A stretch of 64,000 nucleotides of DNA from an uncultured Clostridia bacterium. GTDB taxonomy: Bacteria; Bacillota; Clostridia; Oscillospirales; Ruminococcaceae. This document shows positions 1-7,660 of this stretch, one piece after another. Below the pieces are notes generated by a model that was not told where the DNA came from, made no database searches, and worked only from the letters and a program-made list of their open reading frames with translations. Each line of letters opens with the position of its first letter. The stretch's first letter is position 1. A program made the position numbers and the translations under genes. The stretch is from positions 40,303 to 104,302 of the forward strand of contig CANQPX010000002.1 in the NCBI GenBank assembly GCA_947625915.1, written 5' to 3'.

Positions 1-119
1 TGTAGAATTCTCTCTTAAAATATTTAATATTGCAGGAACGACCGATAAGCAAAATGCCTATCGGTTCCCCCTGAAAGCTCCGCCGGAAATTGCCCGCCGA
101 CGGAGCCGGATAAATAATT

Positions 120-899
120 TTACTGTGCCGCAGCAGTTTCTGCGTTCTCTGCGGGAGCAGCTTCGATCGGCTTGATCTCGGCTGTTTCGTTCATTACCTC
201 GTCGATATTCAGCGGATAAACGGAATACAATGTCAGTACAGCCGTATACTCACTTTCATCGGGATTCTCGGGATTTTCCTCCGCCGAACCGATAGTATTG
301 AGTATGAGCGCCTTATCGTCCTCCGCGAACTTATCAAGCAAGGTGTATATCCTTTCGATATCAAATCCGCCTGTAAATCCGATCTCCATTGTTGTAACGC
401 CTATGATCGTATTCGGGTCGGCAGGATCTACAACGCCGTTATAAACGTCCCATGTTTTCTGCGGGAGTTCGTTATAAAAATCGGCATTCATCTTATTATC
501 ATATGTAAGGATATGCAGCTGTTCCACATTATACTTTTCGATCGCACTTGCCGTAGTATAATTGGTATTTGCGGATATCACCGTCAGACCGTTCACGCTT
601 GAAACGATATCGCGAACGTAATTTTCATTCTGGAACGGTTCCTGTTCAAGGAAGAAAAGATCCTGTTTTTCAGCGACTTCCGAAGCCATAGCCTTGATGT
701 TGTCGATAACCGTCGGAAGTGTGGCAAGTCTCTCATCGAGTTCTGTTCTTTCCTGCTGTTTTGCCTCAAAATTAGCCTGCGCAGTCTCTATCTCCGCGAA
801 CTTAGGTCTTATAAACAGGAAGAAACCGGCTACCAGTATAATAATTACAATAGCAACAATGAAAATTACCTTATCTCTGTAAGAGAGTTTCATATTCAT
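120..899 (-). CDS. PilO-like type IV pilus assembly protein
   Basis: 259-aa ORF. N-terminal TM helix (VIFIVAIVIIILVAGFFLF) followed by a coiled-coil (AEIETAQANFEAKQQERTELDERL). Lies directly downstream of the pilM/N-like gene. Call rests on architecture and context only. Confidence 0.5.
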   Translation of the reverse strand: MNMKLSYRDKVIFIVAIVIIILVAGFFLFIRPKFAEIETAQANFEAKQQERTELDERLATLPTVIDNIKAMASEVAEKQDLFFLEQEPFQNENYVRDIVSSVNGLTVISANTNYTTASAIEKYNVEQLHILTYDNKMNADFYNELPQKTWDVYNGVVDPADPNTIIGVTTMEIGFTGGFDIERIYTLLDKFAEDDKALILNTIGSAEENPENPDESEYTAVLTLYSVYPLNIDEVMNETAEIKPIEAAPAENAETAAAQ

Positions 900-919
900 T
901 TTACATCACTCTCCCTTTC

Positions 920-2482
920 TCAGTTATTTTCCGCAGCTGTGGAGTCTGCGTTTTCTGTGGTCTCAGCTTCCGGCTCGGGTTCTTCTTCCTTTTCGCGGAC
1001 GTCGCAGCTTACGGTGAATTTCAGATCCCCCGCGCTGATCAAAAGTTCTTCTTCGTCCTTATCTTCCTTTTCAAAGCCGTTATAAGTGATGTTATCGAAA
1101 ATATCCTGATTAACGAAATTCTCAGCTACCTTTGAAGGGAGATCGTTATCTTCCGCATAACATTCGATAGTAATGTGACCGTTTCCGAAGCTGAAGGTAT
1201 CCATAGATGTTCCTCTCTCCAGATTATCGAAAACATCTCTCATCATCTGAGAAGTAAGTTTCGGCAGAGAATTGTAGTTATCCGAAGCGATAGCGATGGA
1301 ATCTCTTATTCCCGTAACTTTAGTGAGTTTAGCTTCTGCCGCGTCCACCGCAGCGATCTGCGCCGCTACTTCCGGGGAATCGAGATAAGCTTGAATATCA
1401 GCGGTCTGACTGTTGAAATCGTTGACCTGTATGTTGCCGAAAAGCCATACCGCGCCTACTACCGCGCATGATACTACAGCCGCGCCGAGAACGCTCATTG
1501 CGAACTTTGCGCCTGCGCTTGTACGTCCCTGTGAAGCTTCAACTTCGATAAGGTTGATACGCTCTGTGTCCTTGTTGATACGGAACATTGCGCCGATAGC
1601 GTTCGCATAAGCTTGGAACTCGAAGTTCTCATATCCGCCTATGTTATTCGGAACGCCAAGCAGGCTGGTCTTGATATCCATTTGTTCGAGAGCATTCGTA
1701 AGGCGGATATACTCTGTTGTATCGCCGTAGAAAACAACATTCTGAATAGGATTTTCACTGTTCCTCGATCTCTGGAACTGGAACATTCTGAAGATGTTGT
1801 CATTAACGGCTTCGTAGATGTAATCCTCGGAGTTATCGTAGTCCTCGGGGTCTATTGAAGCGAAACGCGAGAATGTGAGCTGGTTATTTTCATAAAGGTT
1901 AAGGCTTATGAAGTTAGGATCGATCTGAACGAGGAGCATAGGCATTTTTGCTCTTGACTTCGGATCGTTGAGAATGATCCTCGAAATGGTGTTACATGAA
2001 ACAGCCACCGAGCGAAGGTTTATGCCCAGCATCGAGAATACTTTTCTGAAGCAGTCAACTACTTCAAAAGGACACGCCGTGGCGAGGACTTTCATTGCTT
2101 GAACGCCTTCCTCTTCGATCTCGCCCGCGATGGTATAAGAGATCGAATAGTCCTCTGCGATACCCATTGTATGCTGCATCTGGTTCTGAACCATAGTCAG
2201 CAGCTGGTTGCCCTTAGCTTTTGGGATATGTAATTCCTTAAAAATGATAAGGTTTGAAGAAACGCTGATAACGGCTTCTTTATCCGCCATTCTTTTACTT
2301 TTCAGCTCATCGTTGATGAGTGTTGCCATTTTTGGTATATCTTTTATATGACCGTTAACGATAAGACCGTCTGTAACGTCGATGGTAGAAGCGTCGGAAA
2401 CTCTTATCTTTCCGTGGTTCTCCGTACCACGAATAATGCGGACGTGTCTATCGGTAATATCAAATGAAAGCATACTCGTCAC
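920..2482 (-). CDS. pilM: PilM/PilN-like fused type IV pilus assembly protein
   Basis: 520-aa ORF. N-terminal actin-like PilM-type region, a single central TM helix (FAMSVLGAAVVSCAVVGAVWLF), a PilN-like extracytoplasmic part and an acidic tail. Located between the pilC and pilO-like genes. Confidence 0.55.
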   Translation of the reverse strand: MTSMLSFDITDRHVRIIRGTENHGKIRVSDASTIDVTDGLIVNGHIKDIPKMATLINDELKSKRMADKEAVISVSSNLIIFKELHIPKAKGNQLLTMVQNQMQHTMGIAEDYSISYTIAGEIEEEGVQAMKVLATACPFEVVDCFRKVFSMLGINLRSVAVSCNTISRIILNDPKSRAKMPMLLVQIDPNFISLNLYENNQLTFSRFASIDPEDYDNSEDYIYEAVNDNIFRMFQFQRSRNSENPIQNVVFYGDTTEYIRLTNALEQMDIKTSLLGVPNNIGGYENFEFQAYANAIGAMFRINKDTERINLIEVEASQGRTSAGAKFAMSVLGAAVVSCAVVGAVWLFGNIQVNDFNSQTADIQAYLDSPEVAAQIAAVDAAEAKLTKVTGIRDSIAIASDNYNSLPKLTSQMMRDVFDNLERGTSMDTFSFGNGHITIECYAEDNDLPSKVAENFVNQDIFDNITYNGFEKEDKDEEELLISAGDLKFTVSCDVREKEEEPEPEAETTENADSTAAENN

Positions 2483-2541
2483 CTCACTAATTTTTTATAA
2501 AATTTTATTCGGACCGCTCCTGCGGTGCAAAGACTTTTTTA

Positions 2542-3735
2542 TTATGCAACATTTTCCATGGAGTTGTACAATGCGGGAAGGATACCTGCGATAACGAAAC
2601 CGATCGCAACACCCATAATTATGATCATGACAGGTTCGATGATACCTACCAGACGCTGTATGGCTTCATCGGATTCGTCCTCATAGAACGAAGCTGATTT
2701 CTCAAGGATAGTATCCAGCGCACCTGATTCCTCGCCGACGTAAATGATCGAGCAGAACATTGACTCGAAAATACCTGTTCTTTGTATTGAAACGGAAAGC
2801 TGTTCGCCCTGTTTTACCTCGTCTATGACCGTTACGAAAGATTTTTCTATAAAACTGTTGCCGAGAACTGAAGACGAACGCTGGAGCGCTTCTACCATCG
2901 GTATACCTGAAGAATACAGAGAGGAAAGAGTTCTTGCGAAACGTCCTGTATAAACTTTAACAATAAGTTTGCCGACCTTAGGCATTTTACATATCAGTTT
3001 ATCGAATTTATACCGTACATCGGGTATTTTCAGCGAATATTTTATTACAAATACGAGTATAAGTACTACCGCAATATAAACATACCAATAACCTCTTATG
3101 CTGTCCGAGAAAGCGAACAGAGCACCTGTCAAGCCCTTCATATCCTTTTCGGTGAGCATATCCTTGAAGGTAGGCATGATGAACGTAAACAGACCTACTA
3201 CGATAGCAACGCAGAGTATCGCAAGGATTATAGGGTACATCATCGCACTCTTGATCTTGCTGTTGAGCTTATTCTGCTTATCGTAATATTCCTCAAGACG
3301 TTTTGCGATAACGTCCAGCGAACCGGAAGACTCGCCGGCTTGTATCATGGAGACCATGAAGTCCGGGAAACAGCCCTGCTGTTTTCTCAGTGCGTCCGAG
3401 AAAGAGGAACCCTTCTGCACTTCCTCGTAAACGTCTCTGAATACCTGTTTAGCAGCATCGTTCTGCTGCTCTTTATACAAGATATCGAGAGCTCTTACCA
3501 AGGTCAGACCCGAAGTAAGCATTGCGCTGAGCTGGCGGCAGTTATAGGACAGCTCTTTAATTTTGAACTTATGAAGAGTACCTGATTTTTTGTTTGTAAC
3601 TTCCTTATAATTGGAGCAGAAGAGACCTTTTTCGTGGATCTTTTCCAAAAAATCATTTACATCCTCGGCGGACATTCTGGCATTTTTAATAGTATTGCCC
3701 TGAACGTCTGTAGCCGTATAGACAAAGACCTTCAT
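2542..3735 (-). CDS. pilC: type II secretion system F family / type IV pilus platform protein PilC
   Basis: 397-aa ORF with the duplicated GspF-type domain layout and three hydrophobic segments typical of PilC/GspF. Confidence 0.85.
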   Translation of the reverse strand: MKVFVYTATDVQGNTIKNARMSAEDVNDFLEKIHEKGLFCSNYKEVTNKKSGTLHKFKIKELSYNCRQLSAMLTSGLTLVRALDILYKEQQNDAAKQVFRDVYEEVQKGSSFSDALRKQQGCFPDFMVSMIQAGESSGSLDVIAKRLEEYYDKQNKLNSKIKSAMMYPIILAILCVAIVVGLFTFIMPTFKDMLTEKDMKGLTGALFAFSDSIRGYWYVYIAVVLILVFVIKYSLKIPDVRYKFDKLICKMPKVGKLIVKVYTGRFARTLSSLYSSGIPMVEALQRSSSVLGNSFIEKSFVTVIDEVKQGEQLSVSIQRTGIFESMFCSIIYVGEESGALDTILEKSASFYEDESDEAIQRLVGIIEPVMIIIMGVAIGFVIAGILPALYNSMENVA

Positions 3736-3802
3736 AAATTTTTGACACCTCCGATATGGAAAAAATTATCTTCGGGCATACTCTGCCCACGATACTGTAA
3801 AT

Positions 3803-3831
3803 ATTATAACATTTTATAAGAAAATTAGCAA
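3803..3831 (-). promoter_or_regulatory. sigma-A type promoter candidate for the pil operon
   Basis: Minus strand reads TTGCTA (3831..3826), a 17-nt spacer, then TATAAT (3808..3803). It sits about 70 nt upstream of the pilC start. Confidence 0.45.
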
Positions 3832-3938
3832 TATGTTAATTCAAATAAATCCTCAACAAATATTTGTACATTTTAACATATAAAATGTGCAAACTGCCGC
3901 TGATTTCATAAAAATAGCCAAAAAATCGGTCAAAATTT

Positions 3939-4766
3939 TTATTCTCCGTTCAAACCAAGCAATTTTTCCGCATTACGGTGGAAAATATTCTGCCGTTCCT
4001 CTTCCGTAAGGGGAAGTCTTTCCAGCATCTTCATTTCTCTTGACGACGGGTGCCACGGGCAGTCGGAAGCGAAGAGTATCTTATCCGAGCCGTGGTTCCT
4101 TATGATCCTGAGGACTTGTTCATCGGGCAGGAGACCTTCCGTGAACGCGGTATCGAGGTAAACGTTTTTGCCCACGAGGTATTTTTCGGTATCGTCCCAG
4201 CAGTCGCAGCCGCCGAGGTGTGCCATTATCATTTTAAGATCGGGGAATTTATCTGCTATCTTTGCGCCCATTTGGGGAGTACAATGTATTTTATCGGGCG
4301 ACACCACATCAAATCCCGCATGGAATATCAGCGGCAAGCCCAGTTCTGCACATTTTTGATATATCGGGAAAGCTTTCTCATCATCTGCGCAGAATCCCTG
4401 ATAGTCGGGGTGAAGTTTAATGCCGTGCAGACCGAGTGTTTTTATCCGTTCCAGTTCGGGAAGGGCGTCTTCCGCGTCGGGGTGGACAGTTCCGAAACAT
4501 AACAATCTGCCCGTAAATTCTTCCTGAACGCTTTTTGCCCAGTTATTAATAGTATGCTGTTGGGAAGGTTTTGTTGCTATCGGGAGTATGACCGACATAT
4601 CTACGCCCCACTCGTTCATTTTCCCGACAAGTTCGTTTACAGTGCCGTTTGTAACGGGCAGAGCCTTATCGCGGAAATCTGACTCCATCATAGTACGGGT
4701 AAGGTTGGTCATAGCTTTTTCGGCGATTGTTTCCGTAAATGCGTGCGTATGGAAATCGATATACAT
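3939..4766 (-). CDS. amidohydrolase-family metal-dependent hydrolase (TIM barrel)
   Basis: 275-aa ORF. N-terminal MYIDFHTHAF (HxH metal motif) plus later conserved His/Asp positions typical of the amidohydrolase_2 fold. Confidence 0.7.
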   Translation of the reverse strand: MYIDFHTHAFTETIAEKAMTNLTRTMMESDFRDKALPVTNGTVNELVGKMNEWGVDMSVILPIATKPSQQHTINNWAKSVQEEFTGRLLCFGTVHPDAEDALPELERIKTLGLHGIKLHPDYQGFCADDEKAFPIYQKCAELGLPLIFHAGFDVVSPDKIHCTPQMGAKIADKFPDLKMIMAHLGGCDCWDDTEKYLVGKNVYLDTAFTEGLLPDEQVLRIIRNHGSDKILFASDCPWHPSSREMKMLERLPLTEEERQNIFHRNAEKLLGLNGE

Positions 4767-4839
4767 AATTTGATTCTCCTAACGAAATTTTTAAGAACGG
4801 CTGTTCTTAGCTTTTATTTTGTTTGTAACCTCTCAAAAA

Positions 4840-5715
4840 ATCTAAGAGCAGAACACATAAAAATCCTGTCAATACCTCAACTCTTAACTCTCAACACTCA
4901 ACACTGCCGAGTGGCAGACAACCATAAGGGAAAGCGTGGGGTGGGTGGGGGACGGTCGGCGGGGTTCTTTAGTTTGCTTTTCTTGATTTTTTATTTTGTA
5001 TATAACCTTTTTTGCCTATTTGTGCGAGGGGCAGACAACCATAAGGGAAGGGGAAACCCGAGCGCCCCTAAGGACGCTCGCCGGGTTTCCCCGTTCCCTT
5101 AGTTTTTCTCCCCTCGCGCTCCCCACTTTCCTTCAACCCTTCCCCTTCCGCGCTCGCTATCCTAAAGTTGAAATTATAGAAGAAATATCAAAGTTCTCTT
5201 GAACATAGATCATTGAGTCAACAGGAACCCTTAGTTTTGTTTATCTTAGTAAGAGAGTTCTACTGTTAGTTTGATATTCAACAATTATAGAGTTCTAAAC
5301 AATAGGATTTCTTTTTTAAAAAATTTCTCCCGTTTAGAACGCTTTTTCTTCTTTAATTTTCATCTAATAGTAGTGCGCTCGTACTAAGATAAGTTAAACC
5401 AAAGAACCCGTAGCCAACGCAATCCCCATTCAAGAGTTCTAAAAAGCTTTTTCTATAATTTCTACTTTAGCATAGCGAGCGCGGAGAGGGATAGGGTTAG
5501 GAAAAGAGGGGCGCGGGGGGAGAAACGCAGGGAAAGGGAGAACCCGGCGAGCGCCTATGGGCGCGTTCGGGTTCGCCCTTTCCTGAAGTGTCATCCCCCC
5601 GAACGATTAGGCAAAAAGGGTTATAAGAAAAGTAAAAGATAAGAACAGAATACAAAAGAACCCCACCCCAAAAGAAAAAATGAAAAGATTTTACTAAGCT
5701 TTTGTTAAAAGCACC
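4840..5715. repeat. large nested imperfect palindrome, copy 1 (non-coding)
   Basis: Dyad symmetry is centred near 5316. An AT-rich core of ~310 bp is bounded by CCGCGCTCGCTAT (5148..5160) and ATAGCGAGCGCGG (5472..5484). GC-rich ~90-nt hairpin arms lie at 5025..5116 and 5515..5600, and the outer flanks also mirror each other. It shares long exact blocks with 24180..25070. Only repeat-derived low-complexity ORFs are present. Confidence 0.85.
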
Positions 5716-5723
5716 CCCATGCC

Positions 5724-5752
5724 TTGACATCATAACAAAAAAGCACTATAAT
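5724..5752 (+). promoter_or_regulatory. consensus sigma-A promoter
   Basis: TTGACA (5724..5729), exactly 17 nt, then TATAAT (5747..5752). Lies 35 nt upstream of the small ORF at 5787. Confidence 0.65.
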
Positions 5753-5786
5753 ATATTTATAAGCTTGGTTATAAGGAGGCGAAGCT

Positions 5787-5933
5787 ATGGGACAGACCGA
5801 CAGCCAATTCAAAGCTTTTATCCGCTTTATCCTTGATGCTCTTAAAGAAGCGGATAATGAGACAGATGAAGCAAAACATAAAGCAAAAATGGCAAAAATT
5901 ATTGAAAATTTGCAGAAAATACTCGAAGATTAA
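5787..5933 (+). CDS. small hypothetical protein (48 aa, helical, charged)
   Basis: ATG at 5787 preceded by AAGGAGG (5773..5779). Translation is MGQTDSQFKAFIRFILDALKEADNETDEAKHKAKMAKIIENLQKILED. Framed by a consensus promoter and a terminator. It is too short for the ORF track. Confidence 0.55.
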   Translation: MGQTDSQFKAFIRFILDALKEADNETDEAKHKAKMAKIIENLQKILED

Positions 5934-5950
5934 TGAAAATTACCATTTAA

Positions 5951-5984
5951 GGTGTAAAGCTCAGGCTTTGCACCTTTTATTTTC
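5951..5984. terminator. rho-independent terminator (probably bidirectional)
   Basis: Hairpin GGTGTAAAGC-TCAG-GCTTTGCACC followed by TTTTATTTT. Lies between the convergent small ORF and the 5983..6669 gene. Confidence 0.65.
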
Positions 5985-6669
5985 AGTTCCTCGAAACAAG
6001 AAACTTTATCGCCCTCTCAATGCTGTCCTTGGAATTGCCCCAGTCCGCATCTTTGCCTGTGTTGCGGTAATCATACATTGAGCAGTAATGGGAAACGTCT
6101 TTGTATAAAAGCGCGATCTGCTTTTCGGTAAGCTCTCCCGCAAGTTTTCCGAAGCTTTCCAGATCGTCTTTTTTCAGATACGCGGGCGCAAGCGACTGCA
6201 AAAGATCATAATGCGGCAGACAGATGTATTCCTGCTCCGCAAGCAGTTCGCGGAATTCTTTCTGCTGCGAATACATCTCGAAAAACGTCCGCATGAGCCG
6301 TTCCATGCCCCAGTCAACTTTCTCGCATACAAAACAAGTGCCGTTTATCGCAGAAAGTTTTTCTTTCCTTGCGTTTTTCGGCTCAAAAAGCTTTTTCCGC
6401 GAAAATAACTGCTTGTCAACTTCTTCAAGATGAGTTTGCAGCATGAGCGCAAGGGAAAGACGGTTCTTCTGCTTTAACATTTGCTGAAAATGCGTGTGGC
6501 AAAATCCCGCGCGGTTCGTTTCGATGCGGACATCGGGTTCCATCATCGCCGCGCCCATGATATACTCCACCGTACGCTGCTCCAGCATATCACGCATACG
6601 GCATATGGGGCAGCCTTCCTTTGGTTCAAGTATCTCGCTTATCGGGATAGTCAGAATACTTTCGCGCAT
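5983..6669 (-). CDS. Cys-rich conserved hypothetical protein (DUF6062-like)
   Basis: 228-aa ORF with paired Cys/His motifs: CPICR...FCHTH and CFVCE...CLPH. Resembles a clostridial family of unknown function. The family name is from memory and is not verified. Confidence 0.5.
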   Translation of the reverse strand: MRESILTIPISEILEPKEGCPICRMRDMLEQRTVEYIMGAAMMEPDVRIETNRAGFCHTHFQQMLKQKNRLSLALMLQTHLEEVDKQLFSRKKLFEPKNARKEKLSAINGTCFVCEKVDWGMERLMRTFFEMYSQQKEFRELLAEQEYICLPHYDLLQSLAPAYLKKDDLESFGKLAGELTEKQIALLYKDVSHYCSMYDYRNTGKDADWGNSKDSIERAIKFLVSRN

Positions 6670-6682
6670 AAAATAACTCCTT

Positions 6683-7486
6683 TCATGTTCCCGTTCTCAT
6701 ATAATGGAAAAGATACTGTTGGGCGATGCCTGCATACGGCAGGACAAATTCCGGAAAACCGTCGGGATAGAACTGCTCCATAACACGTTTCATCCATACG
6801 TCCATGGGAACGCAGTCTATGCGGTACATTCCGTAAAGCATGGCACAGTCAGCAACTTTCGGACCGACGCCTTTTATCGTCATAAGTATCTTCCGTATCT
6901 CCTCGGTGGGGAAATTTTTTATATCATCAAGAACTATCTCCCGATCGTTCAGTTTTCGGACGCAATCGGCTATGTATTTTGCACGGAAACCCGCTCTCAG
7001 CGGCGCAAGATCATCAGGTGAAATGCCGTTCATATCTTCAAATTTCGGGAAACCGCCGTACATTTCGCAAAGCCGCCCGATAATTCCCTTTATGCGCGGG
7101 ATATTGTTGTTCTGGGAAATTATAAAGGAGCATAACGCTTCCCAGCTGTCCTGACGGAGTATCCTTATCCCGCCCGCATAGGCGCAGGCTTTTGAAAGTG
7201 CAGGATCTTCGGAAAAAATGCGTTTTATCTCGGAATAGTCCGTTTCAAGATCAAAATACGGCAGCCAGACATTTACAAATGTACTTTCGTCAGTATCGCG
7301 GAAACGGAAATAGTCCTTTTCCGCCGAGACAGTGAGCGGAGTATTCAGCATAAAGCCGCGGTAAACACATTCCGAGCCGTTTCCCTGACGTTCCCAGCGG
7401 AAAGCCTGACCGCAGTCAAGCGTTTCGTCAAGGTCAAAGTCGGAAGTTTTCAGAAGTATATCCTCTCCCTGCTTTATATATTCCAT
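6683..7486 (-). CDS. ogg: 8-oxoguanine DNA glycosylase / HhH-GPD N-glycosylase-DNA lyase
   Basis: 267-aa ORF. N-terminal OGG-type motif LDCGQAFRW, then an HhH-GPD region (IKGVGPKVADC). Confidence 0.7.
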   Translation of the reverse strand: MEYIKQGEDILLKTSDFDLDETLDCGQAFRWERQGNGSECVYRGFMLNTPLTVSAEKDYFRFRDTDESTFVNVWLPYFDLETDYSEIKRIFSEDPALSKACAYAGGIRILRQDSWEALCSFIISQNNNIPRIKGIIGRLCEMYGGFPKFEDMNGISPDDLAPLRAGFRAKYIADCVRKLNDREIVLDDIKNFPTEEIRKILMTIKGVGPKVADCAMLYGMYRIDCVPMDVWMKRVMEQFYPDGFPEFVLPYAGIAQQYLFHYMRTGT

Positions 7487-7660
7487 TCAAAGACTCCTTT
7501 TAAAAAAAACTATACTTATTATACCATTTGCACCGTCAAAAGTCAACATCACCGTTCTCTGCTTTGACATTGTTGTCCCCATTGTCTGCCGCAGCGGAAT
7601 AATCGGACTTGCCCCCGAATATAGTTTTAAAAAGCAGTCCATATTACGGGAGGAAAATTT

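Noticed and set aside
4743-5733. ORFs 4743..5102(+), 4996..5202(+) and 5497..5733(-) lie inside palindrome copy 1.
   Set aside because: They are low-complexity translations of the GC-rich hairpin arms. They are not conserved as frames in copy 2 and have no RBS.
5833-6081. An 82-aa plus-strand ORF overlapping the small 48-aa gene and the terminator.
   Set aside because: It is out of frame with the well-signalled 5787 ORF, runs through the terminator hairpin and into the antisense strand of the DUF6062-like gene, and has no RBS.
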